Of a DNA stretch of 64,000 nucleotides, positions 26,881 through 41,409 are shown piece after piece. Every line of letters starts with the position of its first letter. Position 1 is the stretch's first letter. The notes below the pieces were generated by a model, which was given only the letters and a program-made list of their open reading frames with translations, made no database searches and had not been told where the DNA came from. The stretch is from Geosiphon pyriformis uo1. Lineage: Eukaryota > Fungi > Glomeromycota. The stretch spans positions 85,526-149,525 of the forward strand of contig JAAOMT010000495.1 of the NCBI GenBank assembly GCA_016748015.1, read 5' to 3'. Position numbers and translations under genes: made by a program.

Positions 26881-27214
26881 TTTATGGAAAGAGCTGGTTT
26901 GATCAAGAATAATTGTTTGATTTCAGGCTTGTTTTGCTGCTTAGTGTTTATATTATCTAATAAAGTGGTTTGTAAGTTTGGTAATATAGAATCTTTTGCA
27001 GTTAGTTTTGATAAGCACAAATTGTGTTGTTTTTTTTTAGTTTAGGTAGTAATATGTGTATTTACATAAATATATAGTGTAGTCTTGTCTGGCCCAAGTG
27101 GCTGGCCACATGTAGTAAATATGTGAGCTGTATTTAGTTTGATCCACTTAGTTTGGTTCTATATACTAAATAGCAGTTGAGCTTTACTCGTTAAATTCAT
27201 AATAAAAAAAAAAA
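26881..27214 (+). mobile_element. 5'-truncated LINE copy with poly(A) and 9-bp TSD
   Basis: ORF2 tail (FMERAGLIKNNC...), family 3'UTR (GTCTGGCCCAAGTGGCTGG...), poly(A); TAACAGTTT duplicated at 26872-26880 and 27215-27223. Confidence 0.88.
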
Positions 27215-27699
27215 TAACAGTTTAAAAAACTTAAAATACATAATAACATATTATTACAAACTAATAAACTTTAACATATTATCTATAATTTTATTAAAAA
27301 CATTTAAAGTATTTTTAATTGTGTTAAAAAAATTATTTAAGAAAATATTATACAAAATTACAATATTAAAAACAAAAACAAACACTAAAATCACAGAAAA
27401 TTTTACAATATTAAGAATAAAAAGTATATAATTTAATAAGTTTAATATGTAAAACAGTATTTAAAAAAATTTAAAATATAAATTCTTTGTAAAAAAACTT
27501 ATTATTATTTTTAATAAACAATTTTAAATTAAAAAAAATACAAAAAAAATTATATTAAAATAAATTAATTTTATTTTTAAGACTTATTAAATACTAAAAT
27601 AAAAACTATTTATTTAAAAATTTTAGATAATTTATTAATAATTTTTTAAATATTTTTAAACAGTATTTTTAGAAAACAAAAATAAAAAATATGTTTTAG

Positions 27700-30330
27700 T
27701 TTTATTTAATTAATCTAAATTTTAAGATTAATTATTTAAAATTATATGTAAAAATATTATTTGTTTTGTTTTTAAAATTTTGTAAAAACTTAATATATTA
27801 AATAATTTAATTATATGTTAATTAAAATCAGTTTTAACAAATATGTTATTATTATTATTATTTAAATAAAAAAATATTATTTATAGTAAATTCAGATTAA
27901 ATATTATAATTAATATAGCTATTATAAAACTAATATCAATATTAAAAATTAAAAAAAATTTAATATTTTATTTTTTATGAAAAAAACAAACTTTAAAAAA
28001 AGTAGTGTTTTAAAAAATTTCAAAAAAAATTAATTACTTTAAATAATAATAAAAAAGTTGTTTTTTTTTTGTTTATTTAAATAAATATAAAAAAAACAAC
28101 AAAAAAAATTAGCTTTGGTTTTAATTTGTTGTTAATTTTTTGTAATAATAACAATTATATCAGAATTGATTATTTAAAAAAACTTTAAATAAAAAACTTT
28201 TATATAAATTAAAAAAATATATTTTAATACTAATTAAAATCTGTTTTTTATATTGTAATAATTAACTATAATATGTTAACAAATAGTAAAAAAACAGTAT
28301 TATATAATAATAAAAATAATAAAAAAATAACAAAAAATTTGAAAGTGGAAAAATAGGTTATATTATTAATAAAAAATAATATACTAATATAATTTTATTT
28401 TTTATATTAATACTTTTAAAATTTAATATTAAATATTAAATTTATTTATTAGTAAATATTTATATAATAAATTTTACAAACTTAATAATTATATAAATTA
28501 AAAAAAAAGTAAAAAAAAAATAGTTTTAAATAAATTTTAAAAGCTTTACAAAGTTTTGCCTATATATTTTAAAAAAAATTAATAATTAAGTTAATAATTA
28601 TATTTATAATTACTTTTAAAAATAAAATAAATAATTAATAATATTAGTAATTAATATAAAGTAAAAATTTTATTTACAATATTAGTTTTTTATAAAATTT
28701 AAGCTTTAACAAAATAAAATTATTTAAAAAAGTTTTAAAGTTTTTATTTTAAAGTTAATTAATTTGTTAAAATTTTTAGTTAATAAGATATATAATAATT
28801 ATAATAATATTAATTTTAAATTTAAGAAATTAAACTTTTATGTAAGTATTTTAATATAAACAAGTAATTAAAAAATTAAGATTGCTTACTAGAAAAGTAA
28901 AAAACATTAGAATAAATTACTTATTATACTAAAAAAATTAAATACTAAATATTATTAATTATTAGTATTAAATTTCTGTTTATTATACAAAAAACTTAAT
29001 CATTTAAAATTTTTAAATAATTAAATTTAATTAACAAATTAAGACTAACTTATAAACTAATATATTATTTAAATTTTCTGTAATATTATCTAATTACTTT
29101 AGTTAAAACAGCCAAAAAATTTTTGTTAAAAGTTTTATTTGATTATATTTTGGCTATTTATAATAAATTTAACATTTTTTATAAGAACAATTTATTAATA
29201 TTAAAAGTTACTTTTACTTTTTTACCAATTTTTGCTATAAATTTAGTTATAAAAACTGGTTTAAAAAAAAATCATAAACTGTAATTAGTTTTATAAAACA
29301 TATATAAAATATATAATTTGATTAATTAGTTTTATTTAAAGAACAGTTTATTAAAAATCAAAATATATATCAAATTTATTAGATTTTTTAATGTTATTTA
29401 TAATTATAGAGTTAACCAAATAATAATTGATTTTGAATTTATAAACAATTACAAAATATACAATAATTTAAAATAAAGTAAAAATTTTTTTTATGTAAAA
29501 TTAAAAATATAAATAATTATGTAATTATTGTATTAATACCAAATTTGTAATCAAAATAAACTAAATAAAAAATTAAATTGGGTTTATATTTTTTTTGAAT
29601 ACAAGTGTTTTTATTAATAATACTATTTAGATTGATAATAATTATGTTATTATTTAGTATATTTTTAATATTACAAGTAAAATTTTCAAAATAAATATTA
29701 GTTTAATTAATAATAATAAAACTATAGCTATTTTTATTAACTAACAAATTAACAATACTTTTTTGTTTATTAGTAAATTACCAATTACAATTGTTAAAAA
29801 AAATTGCATAAATATTTAAACATCTTTTTGTTAACAAAAATTTTTTTTAAGTTTAGTTTAACTAAAACTTATTCTAATATTAATTTTTTTGCCAATATAA
29901 TTTTGAAAAAAATAAACAATATTTGTATTTGGTTTTTATTGTTTTACAACTAATTATTTATTATAAATCTTAATTTATTTTTATTTTTAAAAATATGTAT
30001 TAAAAATAGTATGTAATAATTTAAAAAGACTTAAATTTAAAATTAATTTACTAAAAACGTTTTAAATAAGATTTTATATCATTTTTTTGTATAATTTAAA
30101 ATTTTTTAACAAATTTAAATTAAAAGTAAAATTGTATTATTATAAATTTTTTTAAATACTCTAAATATTATTGGTCAGTTGTTTAATTACTATTTTTTGG
30201 ATTTACAAATTATAAATTAAACTTTTAAAAATTTATTACAATTTTTTATTAAATTAAAAATCAATTTAATTAATAATTTTTTAGTTAAAATAGTTAAAAT
30301 TTTTTAGACTATAATATTATTTTTACAAAT
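27700..30330 (+). mobile_element. AT-ghost of LINE ORF2 (RT region)
   Basis: 29170-29270 is a decayed version of the NILHGDNFSVLKGT..SPIFA...ALEK block; 29600-29950 follows the FVDD and LSKPSLAK blocks; boundaries approximate. Confidence 0.65.
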
Positions 30331-30339
30331 TTTCTATTT

Positions 30340-33300
30340 TTTATTATTATTATTTTATAAATGCAATTTAATCATTATTTAACATATAAAAACAAATTAA
30401 GTATATTAAACTAAATATAATTTATGTATTTACTATATGTAACTGGCCATTTAAATCAATTAAAATTATATTACATACTCATATTAATTCTTAACCTATT
30501 ATCTAAATTTAAAAAGAACAAACAGGCCTTATATAATCCAAAATTAACAGCAAACAATTTAATAATCTCAAATATACAGACTATTCCAAATAAAAAAAAA
30601 TCCAGACAGACTATTGTATATTTCAGACAGAATTTTCATGTCTTTTATTAAACTATTTTTCTTTATATTAATTTTATACTTAGACTTAAAATTCTACAAT
30701 CTATTATAATATGTATTAGCCAAATATCAGACAAAATCAGCCATTATTATCATAGTATTTTTTTATTTTCAATTCTAGAAACAGCTTTATTAATTCAATT
30801 CTTGAAAACAAATTCTTTATGCAAGATCTTATAAATACCAATGTTTAATACTCTTAATAAAAGAGTATAGAATATTAAAAAAGTCAATAGAAAACAAAGT
30901 CCTACTAAGAAAGTTTGCAATTTAATATAATTTAACAAAATTTTAGAATATACTAAAGCATTTTTTAGATAAATAAAAACATGATCAGGTAGTTTGATAT
31001 TATTACAGAACAAACATAATACATTTGTATACTCTATATTATAAAGCTTTTTTTGATTACAGTTGGCAATTTTCTATGAACTGTTTTTATTAAATATGTA
31101 CAAAAAGCTGCTAAAATCTGTTAATATAATCAAAATCATATAAGAATTAAAGTATTATATTAAAGCAATATAGTATCAATCAATAATCTGAATAAAAAAG
31201 TTTCATAAAATTTTCATACTTAAACTTGCTTTTTATTGAGCATAATTAATTGTCTTATATATATTGTAAACAAAATGCTAAGTATTATCCAAAATAATTG
31301 ACTCATTTATCAAATAAATTTTTTATGCATATTAATAAGTAAAAAAATACAAGACTGTATCACAATACTTATAAGGCTATTAGCTTTATTATTGTCAACA
31401 TTTCCTGAATAGCTCTTGATCTTTACCTACTTAACAAAAATATCTTTGGATCTAATTAGATTATTTATATAACATCTCTTAATCCAATATTTATTTCAAA
31501 AATCAGGCATAAACAGCATAAACTCTAATATACATGTATCTAGAACAGTTTGTCTATTTGTATATAAAACCATCAAACATAATAAAAAAACACATTCTAA
31601 AACTAGAGCAATAGTCTATAATTTTGATAATGTTAATAATAGCAAACTGGAAACCCTTACACTAAAACTCACTCTAATCTCAAAAAAATATGTTGTCACT
31701 CTATTTACCACATTAATAATACCTAGATTATACAGAGAACTATTAGTATAAATATTAATTTTCTTTGTTTAAAGTTTATATAAACACTTTTGAACATCCA
31801 AAAATTCACTTAAGCTATAAAAGTTTAAACTGTCAAGATCAAAACTGTATCCAACAAGATTAACAGAAAAGTTGTTTATATAATTAACAGTTTTTACAAA
31901 CTACACTGGCACAAAGCCCTTTAAATTCAGTCTTTTTTAATAATAAAAGGTCTTTTAATTCATAATAAAGCTATGTTTGTTTAATAATCTATTATTAAAA
32001 GTAATATTAAGACATTTTAAAAAGCAAATTACATTAAAGTAACATAAGTCACCCAAAATTTTTGATATAAAAAAGTAATTAAAAGATTGAAATACACAAA
32101 GTAACTCATTTGTCAAAAAAATATTGTTATTCAAAAAAAAATTTATCATGCTTATTAAAAAATTGTTTATGGAATAGGCTTTCAGTTTAATAGAAAAGTG
32201 TAATAAGTTCTTTGATATTTAATCTGCAATCTGCAAATTTAGAAACTGGTATACAAATAAACTATCAAGAATCTCTGCCATATTAGAAAACCAAATTAAT
32301 AAAGCCATCTTGCTCTTAGCTTAAAGCTGTTTAAATAATTTAAGTTTATACAATAATAAATAATACAAAGCTTTATTGAGAAAGTTTTTTGGCAAATTAG
32401 TTTTTGACTTAAGTTTCTTTTTAATTATAACATCTCGCTTTTGACATACACTCTTAAACACAAAACTAAATTGCATCTGGTAATTAATAATAGACTACAA
32501 AACTGCTAAAACTAAGTAGAAAAATTGTTTATCTGATAGAATCTTTTTAAAAACCATGTTTAAAAAAAACTTGATGTTTAAATATATTTTGGCAAAACTT
32601 GGCTTAGACATATTCTCTATTAACAAAAAATTCTTAGATATCTAAGGTTTTTTATGCTTGGAAATAAAAATAAGTTGGCTACTAATATGTAATAAAACAG
32701 ATACAACTCTTTAATTAATAAAAATTACAATAGTCTTTTCATTATTAATACAAATATTATTAATCTTAAAAAACTAATTAGCTAAGTCCAAAATGTACTA
32801 CATTATAGCTTAACTATTTTTTATCTAAATTGTGCTATTTATAAAAGCACTAGCTGCAAAGAAAAAAGTTTTTTTTTTACTGACTTCTATTTTGTTTGTT
32901 TTACCCATAAAATTAATATTAATCTAGTATCTACACAAATGTTCTTAATGTTTTACTTTACACAGTAAGAAATCATAGAAAATTCTTTAAAGAAATAATA
33001 AAAAAATCTTACTCTGATCTAGTTTATCATGTACTTTGTAATTATTTAAAAGACCAAAATCTGTCATTATTCTGTTAACTCTGTTTTTATATATGTTTCC
33101 AAAAAAATCAATAAATCTGTTACATATTTTAACTCATTTTAAATTAGCTTCTAAATAATACCACTCAATTGAGTCATAAGCTTTATATATATTCTGTAAA
33201 ACCAGCCAAAGCTTTTACATTTTTTCTAAAGTATTTTCTACAATAAAACTAACAGCAAATATTGGAAATTGAATTAAAGTGTTTTTTAAGACTGAAAAAT

Positions 33301-36300
33301 TTTTATTATGAAAAACATTAAATTTACTACAGACAAATAAAATACAATCTGATGAAATTTTGAACAAAATCTTTTTGGTAGTTTCAATTAACCCAATGGG
33401 TTATGTGTTGATTAAAATTTCATTCCAATCATATAACTTGGAAATTATTAAAACCTATGTACTTTTTTAGGGAACAGAAATATTTTCAAGAGTTAAACAA
33501 GCATTCAACAAGACCAAAAAACAGTCTATCATTATATTATTGTAATGTTTCTAAAGTTTATTAGTTATGTCAAATAAACTAACAGTTTTGCTATCAAATA
33601 GACTGCCAATTACCAAGATTAAATCTACTTTGCTAATAGAATTTATTATGCCAAAAAAAATGTTCTTACTTATATATACTAAAAACACATATTAACAAGT
33701 CCACAAATCAAACAAAACCAAAAGAACCTCATGTTTTCTTATCCAATTTTTCATAATTATATCAACTTTTTGCTTTATTTTATTTAGTTTCAGAACCAAT
33801 TCCTTTCCAATCACCAAATGATCTAGAACTATTTTTTGAAATAGCTATTCTAAGATGTTTCTAATTATGTTACCCTTATTAAAACTGAAATTTTCTATTT
33901 TTTTATCAATTGTGCTTCTAATATTAGCTGCTTTTTTAGTCTCAGATTTTTAATACTTGAATTTTTGATACTTTTTTTTAAATCTTAACAAATACAGAAA
34001 AACTTTCTTATTCTTAGCTTTACACTCAATTAGAAAAGACAAATCATTTAAACTATTAGTATTTAATCTTGATCAAATTTGTCTGAGAAAATCAAACTTA
34101 GTGATATTTTTAGAAGTAAAAACTTTAGCCATCCTTAAAACCAGAATTTCTAGTTTATAGTACTTAGAAATCTGTTTGTTTCTAAAATCATTAAAATTTT
34201 TAAACCAATTTCTAAAAAATACTTTGTTTGCTGATCTAATAGCAACCAATTTTACAAGATCTTACATTGCATTTAAATTGCCCTTTTTTTTGCGTTTTGA
34301 AATTCATAATATAATTAAAACATTCTAATTAATGAATATTTTTTGAATTGAATCTATTTTAATAGTATTACAGGTGATTATTTGGGGTCTTAAATCAAAT
34401 AACAAACTCACAACTTGGTGCTCAATTAATTTAATAATATTGGTTTCTGAAGGTTTTGTTGATCTGAAGATTTTGTTGATCTAAAAATATTGTTATGAAG
34501 TTCTTTGTATAATGAACAGAGATTTGATAGTTGTTTATTCATAGCTTCTCAGAATTGCAATTCTGTCAATTTTTTTTTTCAGCTTGTTAGCTGGTATTCC
34601 TTTAGTAAGTAATCCATGATTCTTTTACATGCTCTATCTACTTGCAGGGGTTTTTTATCAGACAATCCTTGACATTAATAATTCAGCACTTAATCTTTAA
34701 TTAATTAGTAAAACGAAAGAATAACAAAAAAAATAGAAAAAAAAAATTAAAAGAAAATAAGAAAAAAATGAGCCAAGGTGATTGCAAGTTAGTATCTCAT
34801 TAATAGCCATGATCAAGAGCTATTGTTCTAATGTAGTTAAGTATCAGTTACTATTAACATAGTGTGTTAATAATAGAAAGTAGATTAAGATAGTGAATAA
34901 TTATTTATTGATATTTGTGAATGGAAAAGTTGTTTAGATCTTAATCTAAATGGAGAGGTTTCTAACTAAAAAATTCTGCTTTTTCTATTTCTAGCACTAC
35001 TGCTATATATACATAATTGAGATTTCTTAATTCCTCAATTTTTTGCATCAGAAATCCTGCAATTCCTTTAAAGAATTCTAGAATTTTAGAATCCTGTGAT
35101 TCCTTGTATGAGAATCCTAAAATTCTTGGAATCCTGCAATTCTTCTGAGAAGAATCCTGGAATTCCACATTTACTACAGTTATTTCTAATTGACTAATTT
35201 ATATGTTAATATACTTCTTATATTCTATGAGTAACAACAGGTCAGTATTTTTAAAACCAAACTTTCATTGATTTCTATTAACATGTTTTTGAATAGCATT
35301 TAAATTTACATCTAAAAAATTGCTTAAACCAAGTAAAATTACAACAGCCAAATAATTAGTATTAAAAAAATCAAAAACATTATCAATTTTTTGCTTAACT
35401 ACTGTTATTAAAAAATGTTTACTAACTAAAATATAATTAATAGTTTTTTTAATATTTCTTAAATTATTTTATGTTGAGAGTTTAACTACCTTAATACCTA
35501 ATATAGAATTGCACAAACCCAAATTAAAATATTTTTTTAAGCTTATATATTATTTTACTCTATTTTTATTGAAGTCACCTTTTAAAACCACATAAGAACT
35601 TATATTGATGATTGCCTTAACAATACATAAATTCACCTTATCAGCTTAATTAAATTATATTCTAGTAAAAATACTTGCATAAAAATCTAGAATAATTACT
35701 AAAACATTTTTGCTAAACAACAATTAAAATGAGAAAAGATAACTAAAGATTTCAGAAACTTTATATATGTATTAAACAAGAAATTTGTTTATTATTATTG
35801 TTACTCCCAAACTTAAATAACTAGTGTTCAAACCAGATACAAATACTTTCAAGTTTATAAATTTGTCCTTAATCTAAAGTTTGATTTGCTCTTTTAATTT
35901 TATTTTAATTGCAATAAAAATCAAATTACTTAATTTCCTATGTTATCTAACAATATGTTTCTGTTTTGCCAAATTATTTATGCTCTTAATATTACATGTA
36001 GCAATTTTCCAAACAAGACTGGTTATTAAGGTAAAAAAGATTCTAAAACTAAACCAAATTTGTCTATCTTGGCTGAAAAACCTAAAACTGTGTTCAAAAA
36101 ACACTTCAAACTGTTTTTTAATTTATAAATCATTGAAAAATCCAAAAATGCTACTTCTATTACAGTTTTGTTACTAGTGGCCAAACCTGAACTTTTACTT
36201 ATTATTGTATTTGCTTTTTGATTCTGTGATAAAAGAGTTACCAATAATTAACTTTTAAGGTTAGACTGAAAAACTATTGGTCTGAGTTTGTCCAATTTTT

Positions 36301-37925
36301 TAGCCAACTTACTAACTTGTTTCATAAGACTAGCAAAATTGTGTTCAAAAATAGCAAACCTAATATTCAATTTATTAAATATAAGCAGAGTAAACTTTAT
36401 CTTCGAAAAAAAACCAAATTTTACAGAACTATTTTGCATAAAGAAAAAAAAAATGTTCTATTAACTATCTTATTTCAAAAAACACTGTCAAAAGAGACAA
36501 ATTAAGTAATAGGTGCTAAATGTTTGATATAGATGTTTGCTAGTTTGCTTTTATCTGTTTTTGATAATCTTTTATAATTTAAACCACTAAAAAATGCTTT
36601 TTTACTCATAGTACAATTTAATAATATATAATCTAAATTTTTATACTTGGTATACTTAGCCAAACTTAGACATAACCAATGTAAATTGGTGGTTTTTAGT
36701 ACTAACATAGTTTCTATGATGGTCTTCAATAATTTAATAGTATTAAAACAGATTACTGTACACTTAGTTCAGATATATATAACTGGATAACAATCTATAA
36801 TACATGTTTTCTTATTCACAGAACTAATAAAATTCTAAATATTGTAAGCATTTGTTCTTACTAGTAATATATAAAGCAATACTTTATTCTTGTTACTTGT
36901 ATTTCATGATTCTTTGTTCATATTAGCTCTAACCATATATATTATATTCTTTCCAATTAAGACAGATTATATTGTTACAACTAGATTGGCTTAATCTGAA
37001 TGATCAAATTTAATTACAGCTTTTTGCTATAGTTTTATTAATTGCATCTTAATTGACTTAATTTTATCAAATTTAAATAGTACAGTATGTACAGTACCAG
37101 CTGATATTCCAATTAGAATTTTTTTTATTACCAGTCTAATTTGAACACATAGTTAATTTTTTAAAATTAGTGTTTACAATAATATTCTTAGTTTTTGCCA
37201 AAATAATCATCTGTACCAAGTTTAATTTAGAAATAAATATAGTTCTAATGATTTCAACAAATTTTAAGAGATTAAAAGCCTTCCTAAAACCATTAATTTT
37301 TGAAAATAAATTTCTTATTACTATAAACTTTTTTTGAGAAAACTTTCTAACAATATTATCCAAACCAATATTCAAAGCAAAAGACTTTCTAACAGAAACA
37401 AAAACCAGATTCTTCAGAAAAAAGAAAAATTTGGTAAGACATTCAACAAAATATTATTATTATTGTTATTATTTAAGAAGTTTATTTTCTTTAAAGATGT
37501 ACTCAAAGCTTTCTTGGTTTTAATTTGTGAATTTTTTGGTATTTAATTGGAATTCTCTTTATTAGAAATGTTTTTTTTATCAACCATTTTTTTTTCATAT
37601 CAATACTATCAAATTTAATAATATTGCCAGTTTTAAAGCCCTAAAAGTAACCAGTCAAAGTCTTAGTAAAAACTATTTTGCCATTAATACTATTTTTTAA
37701 AATGCCACACTTTTTTTTCTTTCTAAGAAGAATTTGTTTGCTATTATTGTCAGAACTAAAATTTTTAATAGACTTTTTTATAATAGCCATACTAAGATCA
37801 GCAATAGTTTTATAATTAAACAGAAAAGATTTGAATTTTTTATATTAAATAATTAAAAACATTTTTAAAAAATTAGTACTCTTTGATAAATATTTAAATA
37901 TAAGAAAAAAAAAGTTTTTTTTTTA
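30340..37925 (-). mobile_element. Full-length degenerate LINE, copy C
   Basis: (TAA)n tail near 30345, family 3'UTR, Zn/RNaseH/RT/APE remnants and ORF1 remnants (37136-37375 matches ORF1); 5' motif GAAAAAAAAAGTTTTTT near 37910 as in copy D. Confidence 0.88.
34310..35178 (-). mobile_element. About 870-bp insertion in LINE copy C, probably a solo LTR of a second family
   Basis: Interrupts ORF2 between the APE and RT regions; starts TGTAGT on the minus strand; imperfect GAATTGCAGGATTC repeats at 35030-35170; the other terminus and a TSD are not resolved. Confidence 0.5.
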
Positions 37926-40710
37926 CAGTTTAAATTTTTTCTATCTATAAAATTTTATTTAATAAATAATATTTCTATATTAGATATTTTAAATATTATT
38001 ATATTATAAAGTAATTATTTTTTAAAAAAAATTTAATATAATTTTTAGTAAACAATTTATTAAAAAAAATAATCAAATTTTTAATTAAAAATTATTTTAT
38101 CACTAAAAAAACTGAATTTAAAAGATTTTATATCTTATTAATTTAAGATTGTTAAATTTTTTTAAATTAAAAGTTTAAATAAAGTTGTTTTATTTATTAA
38201 ACATAGTTTTAATTATTAAAATATTTATAATTCAAGTTGTTTTTTTATAATTAAAAAGTATTTAATTAAATTAAATTTATCCTGTTATATATTTACAAAA
38301 AATAATCAATAGTACTTTACCATTTTTTAAAAATCTGAATATAAGTATTAATATTTGTATTTTTGATTTAGTTTTATTAATATTAATTAAATTACAAGTT
38401 ATTTTTTTAATAATTAAATATATATTTATATTTAATATAATAATAATTTATTTTAATAGTTAAATTGTTTTTAATGTTTATATTTTTAAGTTTATTTTAA
38501 AGTTGTCTAATTTTTATAATTATTGTTTTAATATTATTAATAATAACAAGCTTATAATTAATTTATATACTTATTTAATAAAAGCAGTTTATAAATAGTT
38601 ATTTATTGCTATTTAAAACTATTTATATAATAAATAATATTTTGAAGTTTTATGTTTTTATTATAAAAAGATAGAGTTTTTAAATTATGTTTTATATATA
38701 AATTAAATATTATAGTTTACATAAAACTATTAATAAATTTTGCTAAATTTTAAAAGTTATTTAAAAATATTTTGTTTTTATTATCTTTGATTTTATAAAA
38801 TTTTTTTTTTGTGTTTTTAATAATATCTTACATATTGTTTATAAGAACTTTGTTTTTAAGATTTAATTTTTTAAAACTATATTAATTTTTAAAAATATTA
38901 AACTAATTTATTTATATTTAATTATTTTTACATAATAATTAATATTAAATTATAAAAAAAAAATATAATTATAGATATAAATATAAAATTATAATAAAAA
39001 AGAATATTAGTAATAATAAGTTTGTTTTTTATAGTTTATATAATTTATTAAATAATCTATTATATAGAATAATTATATATTTAGTATTATTAAAACTTTT
39101 ATAATTGGTTTTAATTTGCATAATAAGTATTTGTTTTTTTTGGTTTAGATAATAATATAAATTTGGTTAGTTTTAAAAACTAATTATATATAAAAAATAT
39201 ATAAATTATATTTAATTAAAAATACTTAGTTTGTTTTTATATATAATTAAATCATAATTATTAAATCTTTAATAATAATAAAATTATGATATTAATACAA
39301 AAATTATATTATTAATAATTTTATTTTATTTTTTTTTGGTTGTTTTTTAAATATTTTTTTAAGTATATTATAATAAAATTAATAAATAAGTTTTTTATTA
39401 ATTATTTATTGTTTAAAGAATTATTTTTATTTTTATTTTTTAAAATTTAAAATTATATTATTTTAATTTGCTTATTGCTATTATTACTAAGCTATTTTAA
39501 AAAGTATTATCTAATATTAATATTTAATTACAATAAATTTTGTTTTATAATAATATAATTTTTTGCTTTTAATAATTCTAATTAGTTTTAATATATATTT
39601 TATCAATTTAATAGAAATAATTTTAAATAAATTAAGATTTTTTTTATTTTTATGTATATTAGTCATTAGTTTTGTAAATAATTTGTTAATTATTAATTTA
39701 TTAATTATTTATTTATTAAAATTTTATATATAAACAGTAAATAATATAATAACTATTTAAAAACAAAAACAAAAATTAGTGCAATTATTAAAAATAAAAA
39801 AATATTTTCTATATTTTATAATGTTTTTATTGTTATATTCAATATCAAGTTATTTTTTATGATTAAAAAAACCAAAAACATATAATAAATCTGTTTTTAA
39901 TTTTTTTTAAGTCTATTTATTTAATTAATTTGAATTATTATTATTATTTTTTTTTATTATGTTTTATGAGTGAGGTTCAAATACTACCTAGAGCTATATA
40001 TCAAAGAAATGACATAAACTAAGTGTGAATCATGCTTTTTTTAACACACGACCAGCCACTCAGGCCAATCAGGACAACACTACGCAGTTATATGTACCAA
40101 AACAGAGTCATCAACACCAGAAAAGAAAAAACATTGTTTACAAAAGCCAAAATGAACACCAAGAGCTTCAGTCACACCAAGTAGTTTAACGATGCCAGCT
40201 GAGAACTTAGAAGCCGAGCCAAGAACTGAGATAGAAACTGAACCGTCAAGTGAGATGAGATTATTTTTTTCCATAAATGCACGACGCTTAACCCAAACCA
40301 ACCAAATATTATTTCTAAAAGCAAAACTAAGAGAATGCACAAACTCAACAACATTCGAACTAGCAATCTCATGAGATTTGAAAACAGAGACAGCTTCAAG
40401 AAGCCACTCACTAAAAACAAACCCTTTAAAGAGAGCCGTAAATACAGAGACATCAGAAACACAAGAAGACAGCAAATGCAGCATGCAGAAAGAAGAGAGA
40501 AACAGGCCAGAAAGCACTATCTAAGATTTCAAACATGTATCCAGTATCTGAAGACGTGCAGAGCCATCAACCTTGCAAGAGAAAACATGATCTGAAGTCT
40601 CCACCTTACCACAATATAAGCACAATACGCTGGGGTATCTTCTGTTATACAAGCATTTACGAACAGCAACAGGCAGTTAGTGGTACAATGCCTTCATGAA
40701 AAAACTGCAT

Positions 40711-41141
40711 TGTTACAGTTTAAGAATTTAGAAAAAAGAATCATAAAAATAATACAAACTATTCAATCATAATATAGCACAGTAATAATCTTAGAAAGGT
40801 AATGATTAACATAGTAGCAAACACCATCTCGCGATAGTGGCAAGCACCAGTTCACAATAGCAGCCAACACCAACTGGTGATAGCAGCNNNNNNNNNNNNN
40901 NNNNNNNTCAGAGAAGACCCCAGACAGTGGGTAGATTTCAGTTCAGCCTCTGAGAAGGAGTACATAAACACACACAACAATCAAGAATTAAAGAATAACT
41001 TACATTGCAACAGTAAAAAAAAAGCCTTCAGTATAACAGTAACATTATTACACAAATAGAACTGAGGAACTCACGAAAGACTGATTGCAATTAAAGCGGA
41101 ATATCAGCAATTAAATATAACAAGAAAACCATCCCATAACA
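40711..41141 (+). repeat. 5' LTR (collapsed by the N gap at 40888-40907)
   Basis: TG...CA termini; near-identical to the 3' LTR. Confidence 0.9.
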
Positions 41142-41143
41142 TT

Positions 41144-41160
41144 TGGTGAACCCTACGAGG
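41144..41160 (+). promoter_or_regulatory. Primer binding site, tRNA-Trp-like
   Basis: TGGTGAACCCTACGAGG 2 nt after the LTR end; complementary to ...GUAGGGUUCA-CCA, resembling eukaryotic tRNA-Trp 3' ends. Confidence 0.75.
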
Positions 41161-41409
41161 AAAGAAAATCAAAAAGGAAATAATAATTAGCAATAATTCA
41201 TTACTAAAAAGGAAAAGACAAAAGTGGCGACAAAAACCCCTAATCTTACTGTTCTTGAATTCTGCCGTGCTATTTACACATAAAATCAAAGTGATTTTGG
41301 ATTACCAGAAGGGTGTTGTCCAGCAGAATCTGCCCTCACTTATTATATCAATGCCAGAATAAATTATTATATAGGAAAGGAAGAAGAACCACACGACGCA
41401 AAACTTGGA

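Noticed and set aside
37930-39930. Extreme AT blocks as centromere, organelle insert or alternative genetic code
   Set aside because: No organellar genes or satellite periodicity; similar blocks elsewhere retain LINE remnants, so terminal TE decay is the simpler explanation
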